A DNA stretch of 64,000 bases from Balanoglossus misakiensis (lineage: Eukaryota > Animalia > Hemichordata): positions 62,001 through 126,000 of the forward strand of contig JBECUI020000038.1 in the NCBI GenBank assembly GCA_040954595.2. Reading direction: 5' to 3'. Shown here one piece after another: positions 55,488 to 64,000 of this stretch. A program made the translations under genes and the position numbers. A model generated the notes under the pieces. That model was not told the DNA's origin. It worked only from the letters and a program-made list of their open reading frames with translations, and ran no database searches. The stretch's first letter is position 1, and the number at the start of each line of letters is the position of its first letter.

Positions 55488-56078
55488 TTTTTCGCTGTGT
55501 CATCTGAAAATATATTAGTTAGCTCCCTGGCGGTATTAAGTGGTGAAAATACATCAGCACCTTCAAGACAATTGATATACAACCTGCAGTTTGACTCATT
55601 TATTTTATGTACGCTAACTGAATTATGGGTTTCATTTTGGAAAGGAAATAACTGATCTTTTAGATTCTTGGCAGCCATAGCTCTATAGGGTAAATAAATT
55701 GCTATTCTCTCCATTAACCCACCTGTAGAAGTATGCAATGCAGCTTTAACATCTTTATTGACACACATTTCATGGGCTTCATCTAGTGCTACATTAACCC
55801 AAGTTGAGCCTGACAAATTGCAAACAAAACCACCTGCTTTGAAATGTAACAACAGAGAGTTTGGCATCTTCAGAAGGTCAGCGAGATGTCTGGGAATTAA
55901 CCTCAAGTACAGGGATCGGTCATATGCATGGAACAGTGGGTTCATTTGTTTCAAAGCCAATATTCGAAGGTTCCAATTTCCTGACCTTATTGCAATGTAC
56001 AAAGACATGTATGCAAACAAATCGTCCTCTATAAATCTAACCCAAAATTTGAAAGTTTTGTCTGTATTTGCCCTTCTG

Positions 56079-56693
56079 CACAGTACGTGAAATATCCCAT
56101 GATTCATTCTGATTTGTACAATCATTTACTCAGTCAAACCAGGCAAAGTTAACATGTGTAGAGAGAATTGTACACCACTAATATAAATTTTGAGATCTTA
56201 CTTTTAAGGTGAATCTTATTGTCAATTACCATTTCAAATGATTTAGAAAATTATGCATTATTGAGAGAGGAGATACGAATTTTATAAAATAATCAAGCAA
56301 TTGCATAGCCAGCCATACAAAAAAGTTTGGAGTAAAACAGGGTCACTTGTAAAACCTGTTTAATCAAACAAAAAGATATTGATTTTTTCTATTGACAGAA
56401 CAATGGAAATTTACATGTTAACTTTCAACAGAGACTGGCCACCTCAGTTAGTCATTGCTTGTTTCCCCTAAAGTGTGACATTTGCAGTACATTGATACTT
56501 TGATTTCTATGGCTTTTAAATTTTGATTTTGAAATTTACATTCTAATTCCTCAACGTACTTTTCCTAGATAAAAATAAATAGATTTATATGTACTTCATA
56601 TCATTGTTAGTATCTAAAACAGAAAAAGTTATTAAATGGGCAACCTTCGATGATACAAATAACGGAGACTTGTGGGTAAAATATCGTACTATG
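56079..56693. mobile_element. Transib-like non-autonomous element (MITE)
   Basis: Ends CACAGTACGTGAAATATCCCA and (reverse complement) CATAGTACGATATTTTACCCA. 5-bp TSD TTCTG at 56074-78 and 56694-98. Removal restores in-frame FCDRRANTDK. Confidence 0.8.
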
Positions 56694-57027
56694 TTCTGTC
56701 ACAAAAAATCTGAAATTCCTCTTGCAAGCCAGTAAGTTGAGCCTTAAGGTCACCATTAATTTTGTCAATATGATCAGCTTTATCTTCAGTACATTCCAAA
56801 CATTTTGTGACAGCTTCTAGTAAACATTTTTGGACTGTTTCTGTATCTAAGGGACAGTGCTGGGTATTATGGGTTTCACCCCTCTGATTCAAAAAGGAAT
56901 TGACAAGACATCTAAACATACGTTCCCAAATTTGTGTTGGGAAGCGATGAGTTAGCTTGAAATTTGTACACTGAACTAGGGTTTCCGAAGTTCCCCCTTT
57001 ATGATTGAACCCTGCCAGATGTTTTAA

Positions 57028-57434
57028 GATGGGTCCCTGGGATCTTTTTGCTCGTTGCTATGGGCCTTTATAGGACATTACACCCCGATTTGGACTAAGC
57101 CGTTTTCAGAGTCTAACAAGGGGCTGGTAACTAGTTGAAAATCTGCACGATTGTGAGCGCGCGCCCCCTGACGCCATTGATATGCAAATTAGCTAGGTCA
57201 AATTTCAAAAGCCTAAGGCTTTTTATTCCGTGACCTCAAAAACGAACTTGATACGTATTCATTAGTTGCTTGAACCAGGGAAGATCGTTTTTTTCTGTTT
57301 TCGTCGTGCTAAGAAGCGATACCGGTGGAAGAGTGCGTCCAAAAACACCCAAAATCGATGACTTTTTCAGATGTGGTACGGGTATGCTGAAATCGTAGGA
57401 TACAACGATAATATTCGAAAACAAAATCCGTCTC
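57028..57434. mobile_element. ~410-bp CpG-rich insertion, possibly Kolobok-type
   Basis: Interrupts FWDA|LKHLAG. Begins after TTAA with gatgg and ends ccgtc(tc); right TSD not intact. Confidence 0.5.
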
Positions 57435-57957
57435 GTCAGCATCCCAGAATATTTTCATGATGACTGGTTGGTAATTTTTTAGAGTATGCCAGTCTCCGAT
57501 AAAAGGCTGCAACCAGTCTAAATCTGCACCATACATGTCTTTTAACTTTATCAGGTGATGGAAAGTTTTCCCATCACCAACCACAACCAGGTATTTTATT
57601 CTTACACCAACTCTGAATGTAACATATACAGCTTATTGATAATGTTATGGACAGTTTCAATAGAGTCTGCGTGTTCACTTGATATGCCCAAATAAATGAC
57701 ATTTGAGCATTCACTGTCATTACTGTTAGCAGTTGTTGCTAATGTTGATTTAAAATCCCCAAATACTGTTTCTATATCAGCTCTGTGCATTGTATTTTTT
57801 GTAGAGCAAAAATGAATGCGTCAGAAAACAGTTCTGACCAAGCAATGGCTTCTTCTTGTTTAATGTCAAAATCTGACAGCGAAATTGATGACTGTGGTTG
57901 ATGTTGTCTCAGTAGAGGTGGTTTAATTAAATACTACATCATCATGAACAGTATCAT

Positions 57958-59672
57958 ATGATAAACCTGGGGGTTTTATGTGGGAGCAACAGCCTATAAA
58001 ATCCCTTGGGGTTTTCTTTGGATACGATCGACTGAAATGTCTACTTTTGAAATGGGAAAAGAAAATTGAAAGGCTTAAAAGCGTGCTCAACATCTGGTCA
58101 CGACGTAAGCTGAGCCTTTATGGCAAAATTACGGTTTTAAAGTCTTTGGCACTGCCCACAATTTACTACCTTATGCTTAATCTTGGTGCTTTTGAAACGT
58201 GGCTCACGAATATCAACCGTCTTATTTTCAAATTTCTGTGGAATGACAAGCCAGACAAAATCAAAAGGCTCACACTCATTGCCCCTTATGATTGCGGGGG
58301 ACTAAACATGCCTGACATTTTTGCCATCCATGACGCCTTTTGTTCATCATGGGTTCGTAGATTATGTGACAATTCCTCTGCCAAATGGAAGGCCTTGCCA
58401 CTGCATTGGCTCGGGCACTATGGTCCAGATTTTCTTATTTTTCATTTCAATTTTAGCAACATTTCCTGTTTCCCATTTCTCGAGAGAATTCCCTTTTTCT
58501 ATAAACAAGTAATTTCAGCTTGGCATAGTGCAAAAGGTGGTTGCGTCACTTTCTCCAAACTCAGTAATTTAGATGTGCGTAATCAAATTATCTGGGGTAA
58601 TGTCAACATTTCAGATAATGGTAAGACTCTTTTTTTCCCTGGTTGGATTCACTCAAATATTATCTATGTCCAGGACATTGTCGATACCAACGGCGATTTT
58701 CTTCCACCTACACTGTTGTTACAAAAACTCGAGAATAAGTCAAATTGGATAGTTGAATGGATGAAGTTGCGGAATCTTATTCCCAGAGAATGGAAGTCTG
58801 TGTTGAAAGGTACTCAGTTGCATCAGATGCGTAGAGAAAAGAATTTTCTTCATGTCAATGGAAAAGTTTTTGTTTTACCTAATGATCTGTCTCGCCTTAC
58901 TTCAAAATTTTTTACAGTATTTTTGTGCAAAATCGTTTTATTCGTCCATATTGTGAAAATACATGGAATCGTCGTTTGACCATGACTACTCCACTACAGT
59001 GGAGAACTATATGGGTTAACCAAACGACTGGATTGTGTTGTGATAGGAAACTTGCTGAATTTAACTTTAAGATTATGCATAACATTTTGCCATGTGGCAT
59101 CAATCTTTTAAGATGGAAAATTAGTAAAAATGATCTATGTTGTCTTTGAAATGTAACTGATTCTTATGAGCATCTATTTTTAAAATGTCAACGTTTAGGG
59201 GATTTTTGGCAGCGTTTATCTGCTTTGCTCAGCAAACTTGGCATATGTCATGAGGTCGACTTAGAAACTATTATTCTTGGTTACAAAACTATGTACAGTC
59301 ATCCTCTTTATAGATTTGTAAACATTGTCATTACCATTGCAAAGTATTGTGTATTCGCTTCATGGGTCCATTTACAACATGATATTAACAGCATTAGAGC
59401 AAAAACCAATTTCGATATATTTTACAGATATCTACAATTTATGCACCAAATACTCAAAAGGAATAATAATCTAGATTTCACCCATTATTGGAAGAAAATC
59501 CTTGCTTCCGTCTGAGATGTAATTATTTTGTTAAACAAATGTACCTGGTGAATCTCTTTTTATATAGTATTATTTTTTATTTATTTATTTATTTATTTAT
59601 TTCATCAAAACACGATTTATCTTTATGATACATGTAAGATTAAATGAATGGAAATAAAAAAAAAAAAAAAAA
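57958..59672 (+). mobile_element. 5'-truncated Tx1/L1-clade non-LTR retrotransposon
   Basis: ORF2 C-terminus LGV...WSRRKLSLYGKITVLKSLALP...FLWNDKPDKIKR...GGLNMPD and zf-RVT-like FKIMHNILP...C..(stop)...EHLFLKC. AATAAA plus poly(A). 14-bp TSD atgaacagtatcat at 57944-57 and 59673-86. Confidence 0.92.
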
Positions 59673-61780
59673 ATGAACAGTATCATTGAATTTTTTCTCC
59701 GTAAATGTACAGGCTTTACTCACAGGTGCACTCAAACCTGTACCAGTATTTTTTGAGATAGATCTGTCAACCATGATTTTAGTATTATTTCCACAAGGAA
59801 AATTGGCCAAAATTTTATTCATTTCAGAGTCTACTGTATTTTGTGAACAAAAGCCACTGTTTAATTCCTGACACCGTTCAAATGAATTCTTTGCATTTTC
59901 ACTCACCAGACTATCTTTTCTTTTAATTAACTGCCTGTTAAGAAGCAAATCATAATGGCCTGGTTGACCTGGCCTGTCTGGTGTGTACAAGAGACAGACA
60001 GGCTCAGTCTTGGAGAACACATCACCATCACCTCTTGCAAATATATCATTCTGCTTGGTGTATATATGTCCTTCAAAGTATATATGATTGGCACGCATTA
60101 TGTCTACTGTATCTGCTCTTAACTTGTCTGTGAATATTTTCTCTCGGTCAGCTAAAATTGGGTCAGAAGGGAGTCCATTAAGTAGACGATCACAATTTCG
60201 TAATGCAAAATCATTTCTCACAGAGATGCTCCTGAAAAAGCACCTTCCATCACCATAAATGTTGATTAGCTGAAAATCTTTGACAGTTGAATGTTTGTCA
60301 TGACTGCCAAAAACAATATCATCAATACTGTTCAGAATTGACTTTGATTTTGGTTGGACCATTCGATAAGAAGTACCGTGGAAACCTCTGTCCTTTGGAT
60401 CAGCTCTAACAGCTGCATATTTAGCTGATTTATCAATATTGTCAATGGAAGTTAAACAAAATGCATTATTTGCAATATTTTCCTCTGTGAAATCAGCTGA
60501 TGTTCTTTTGTTGATCACTCCCAACATGTATCTATGCAATGTATCTCCAGAACAAATAATACCAAATCAATTTAGAATTTTCACTAGAGTAGATGACTTA
60601 CTATAACCTTCAACAATGTCAGCCAGGTAAGTATGCAATGGGTAAGTACAATGATCAGAACAAATGAACAATAGCATACACACAAAAGAAACGCCTGAGG
60701 AATCATGCTCTACTCTCCATAGAGTGCCGGTCATAAAATCCATAGTTGTGTTTATTCCATACAAAGTTGGAGCTTTTTAATTTATTGCGTTCACTGTTGT
60801 TCAACGTTAAATATACAACAGTGTTCCATAACATAGGGTCAACCTCACTGACAATATATTCAACATCAAGTGTACTCAGATCAACATTGTTTGTTTTGCA
60901 GTAATTACTGAATTCTTGAGATTGCTGATAAATGCTGGCATTTAATTTCACAGCCACCAAATCAAGCATTTTGAAAAAGTCAACGTCAACTTTACTCAAG
61001 TCTCTTACTTGCTTTTCAAGCCTCTCTATCTGTTTCTCAGCTTGCACAACATACTGAGGATGTTCGACAAGTGCATTTTGGAGGGCAATAGTGAGATCTG
61101 AACCTGTTCGGTACAAAAAGGTGGAGAACTTTCTACTCACTTTTGATACAACAGAAAGGTGAATTGGAAAATACACACATAGCAATTCCCGAATAAGCCA
61201 GCTTTTAGGTTTTCTGTGGAATTCCACTCGTTGTAACTTGACATTGGGTCGCAAAGTCTGATATTCATTGTCTAAACAATCATTGAAATATTGCCTGACA
61301 TCAAACAATAGAATGGCATGTTTTCTGAGGAGCACTTCTCCTAAAAAGACAACAGTTTTCCAGCATGCAAAATTCACCAAGTCGTCGTCACAGCTGCATC
61401 CTTTATTGTAGCATTGTGACATATTTTTTAATTTCTTCAGCAAGTGCTATATCACTCGACATAATTAAGCCTTGTTGAATACTACACCTGGCTTTTTCCG
61501 CTAAAGCAACAAATGTTTTATAACATTTCAAACAAATCAGGCTGTCTTGAGTAAGGGCAAATGGTGTGTTAGTTTGTTGGTGAAATGTTTGCACCATTTC
61601 AAAATCAGGGATTTTAAACAAATTGTTTGCCCGTGATAAGCACGAAGTACACAAGGGATGGCTTTTTCTCATAGCAAGGATGTAGTGACGTTGACACAGT
61701 GGAAATGATGAAACATCCTTTAAAACCTGAGTTGTCTATACTCAATTTTGTACACAGTCCTCCTCGCCTGAAATCAGCTC
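59673..61780 (-). pseudogene. Academ ORF 5' part: Cys-pair finger, first catalytic motif SIDNID...FHGTS and in-frame OTU-like domain
   Basis: Overlapping minus-strand ORFs 61403-61672, 60703-61443, 60567-60764 and 59640-60539; GDGRCFFRS and GHYD motifs. Confidence 0.8.
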
Positions 61781-62214
61781 TATAATGTCGCGTAAAAAAT
61801 GGCCTATTTTGCGACCCTTCAGCGGGGCCCACTCTAACAGCTACATGGTTTGAAGTACTTTCCCTCATTAACATATGTTAATGAGTACCGTGCGATCTGA
61901 CTGTACAGACAGAATAACACACATCGAGAGATTAACAGGCAAACACTGGCTGACCCATAAGCGGCCAATGGCATGTGTACTGTACACACAGCAAATGGTC
62001 TCTTTAACAGATAGCCAGTTATGTAAACATGCAGTTACCAATCACTGTTATTATTGACAAATTGCATCCAAGTCCAGACACAGGCTTGAATACAATGTTT
62101 AAACAATAACAACATTGCTTACCCAGCTTCACCGAGCTGAAATGATCGTTGACAACCAGAATAATACTGAATAAAAATTCAAAAATTACAGATACAGGAC
62201 CTTTCGTTGCCCAC

Positions 62215-62590
62215 ATATTATATTACCGTGGTCTGTGCGTCGCATTTTAATTGGTCAAGATGAACGACATCACTGACCACAAATACCCAGTAATGGTTTG
62301 TTTACATGCCCGTAAATCTGAATAGTAATATTAGCAAACAGTTCAGTGAACACAACATTTTGCATAACACAAGTTCCGGGGCCCCAAGTCTTGTGTGTGG
62401 GACATTTTCAGAAATATTGACGGTTTTCTTGAGATTGTTGGTAATGTAATGGAAATAAATGCAGGGCTCGGGCTCTAGCTAAGCTAAAATTAATGGGCTC
62501 GGAAGCCTCGCCCATGAATTTTTGGCTTTCCCCTCGCCCTTGCCCATAAACAAACATTAATGGTCATGGCGTCGTGCATTATTTCTATAT
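62215..62590. mobile_element. Decayed hairpin-containing non-autonomous element
   Basis: aaattaatgggctcgg-aag-cctcgcccatgaattt stem and flanking gggctcggg/ccctcgccc. Confidence 0.45.
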
Positions 62591-62604
62591 TGTGTTGATC
62601 TTAC

Positions 62605-62721
62605 CTGTACACTCTCCATTGACCAATCAATATTCCACAGCACAAGTGAAATAAAAAGAGCCTGCTGTATTCACACACTGGCCTTCACAAAGATCTGCTC
62701 TCTCCATATATTCATTGACAT
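62605..62721 (-). pseudogene. Calcium-binding EGF exon (117 bp, phase 1-1) with a stop and two lost Cys
   Basis: Bounded by tttcag and gtaaga. Reads DVNEYMERADLCEGQCVNTAGSFYFTCAVEY*LVNGECT. Confidence 0.85.
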
Positions 62722-62739
62722 CTGAAATCAAAGATAGTT

Positions 62740-63042
62740 ATTATTATTTATTTATTTTATTATTATTTATTTCCTAACAAATGTAATACACATACATCTT
62801 CTACAGAAAATAATAAAATTAGAAAACAAGTGAAAGCTTAAAGGATAAAAAATTACACTTAAAAACCCCAAACAAACAGAAACAGTTCTGAAAGACAATC
62901 CCTATAAACCAAAAAAGCAATGGAATGAAATAGTGCTGAATAAAAAGACGAGTCTTTAAACCCCTTTGAAAACTGTCAATAGATCCAGCATTGTGGATAG
63001 AAGGTGCACAAACACTGAATCCTATTTAGCCATATGCCTTGT
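62740..63042 (-). mobile_element. Decayed L2/CR1-like LINE 3' end
   Basis: Remnant YG..GFSVCAP...SIDSF...LKTRLF followed by an (AATAA)-like tail. Confidence 0.45.
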
Positions 63043-63256
63043 CAGTGTTCGAAATTCATAGGAAATATCAAGCAGTCATTGTTTCTTTTAATTGCAATAC
63101 ATGAACCTGGGAAAGTCTAAAAGATGCCATGATACCACTAGTCAACTCCCACGCTAAATTCAACCTGTCTGTCGGACTGGTAACATTTTATTTTTACCAG
63201 TCCTACAGAAAAACAACCAGTCTCGGACTGTCGGACAGGCTTTATTTCGTACACTG
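63043..63256. mobile_element. hAT-like MITE
   Basis: cagtgttcgaaat ... atttcgtacactg, with flanking direct repeat gccttgt (7 bp). Confidence 0.8.
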
Positions 63257-64000
63257 GCCTTGTTAAGTTTTGAAATGCTCATTCATGGTGATGAGTTATC
63301 AAGAATATACCCGTTAAAAATTACTGTACCCTCAGAGAAGCATTTTGTAATGTCTTTAAAATGAGATGAAAACTATATGAATTTTCTAAGTGTATATTTA
63401 TTCTTTGCAGAGGTAATTTATTTAGCTATAGGTTGATAATTTATGCTAATTTCATTAAATTATGCAAATAAGTAGTGAAAATACTTGTACATGAATATAT
63501 CAGACAGTCTTATAGTATCGTGTGAGGTTGATGACACATATTCTTAACCACATATTTCTTGATCAATTAATTGTTTTTACACCAAAGTCCTCAATATCCA
63601 TGGCGATCCCTTTCTAGGAATTTTAACACTCTCTATCATTCTCATTTTAACAAAATCCCCTGAAACTTGTGTACCCTGTCAGCAAAACTTTGTCTGATTT
63701 TTAAAATACAGATTACTTTTTCTCCCTTGCAAACAAATTTTCAAAGATAAGTTTTCACATTTGTTAATTTGTTTATATTATGCATAATTATAATTGGAAA
63801 AATTCTGAGATACAATTTCAACAAACATGTGTTCAGTACGAGTGTGCGGTTGATTTCAAATTTTAAAATGTGTGCAATGGACAGACAGGATGTGTGTTTA
63901 GCTGATTGTAACCGTAGCAATATACAATCCCCAAACAATGTAGCCACAGAAGATATCAATATCCACAGTTACATACCGGCACATGCATGGCCATCCTCCA

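Larger units (their letters stand above)
55488..57943 (-). pseudogene. Academ transposase core (fragmented)
   Basis: VVGDGKTFHHL...FIGDWHTLKNY...FWDA|LKHLAG...FCDR|RANTDKTFKFW...AIRSGNW...FHAYDR...VALDEAHEMCVNKDVK. Confidence 0.85.
51331..61903 (-). mobile_element. Academ (AcademX-type) DNA transposon, both ends present, inactivated
   Basis: TIR cagtcagatcgcacggtgctcatttgcatatg (from 51331) versus catatgttaatgagtaccgtgcgatctgactg (to 61903). TSD TACA at 51327-30 and 61904-07. ORF fragments show transposase, XPG-like and Cys-rich domains. Confidence 0.85.

Noticed and set aside
51275-55492. The TAGCGTCAAGG inverted pair as the Academ TIRs
   Set aside because: It encloses only the 3' part of the ORF and has no TSD, whereas the 51331/61903 pair encloses the whole ORF with a TACA duplication.

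Overview
AT-rich, repeat-dense eukaryotic (metazoan, probably marine invertebrate) genomic DNA. There is no intact protein-coding gene, and nearly all short ORFs in the track are by-products of repeats. Positions ~1.6-17.2 kb are a ~192-bp satellite array with higher-order duplication. Positions ~19.6-34.7 kb are a ~900-bp-unit macrosatellite with locally amplified 116-bp subrepeats, an inserted Helentron/HINE-like element and a multi-kb duplication. From ~44.2 to 62.7 kb the minus strand carries a decayed spliced gene: three calcium-binding EGF exons plus two CAA-rich exons, each carrying a lesion. One intron holds a complete-ended 10.6-kb Academ (AcademX-type) DNA transposon at 51331-61903, with ~32-bp TIRs and a 4-bp TACA TSD. 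Its disrupted ORF shows a DDE-type transposase, an XPG/PIN-like nuclease and a C-terminal Cys-rich finger. Unexpectedly, an OTU-like cysteine protease domain lies in frame inside the transposase core. The Academ is itself interrupted by a Tx1/L1-type LINE (14-bp TSD), a Transib-like MITE (CACAGTA end, 5-bp TSD) and two further inserts. All family assignments come from motif recognition by eye, not database searches.
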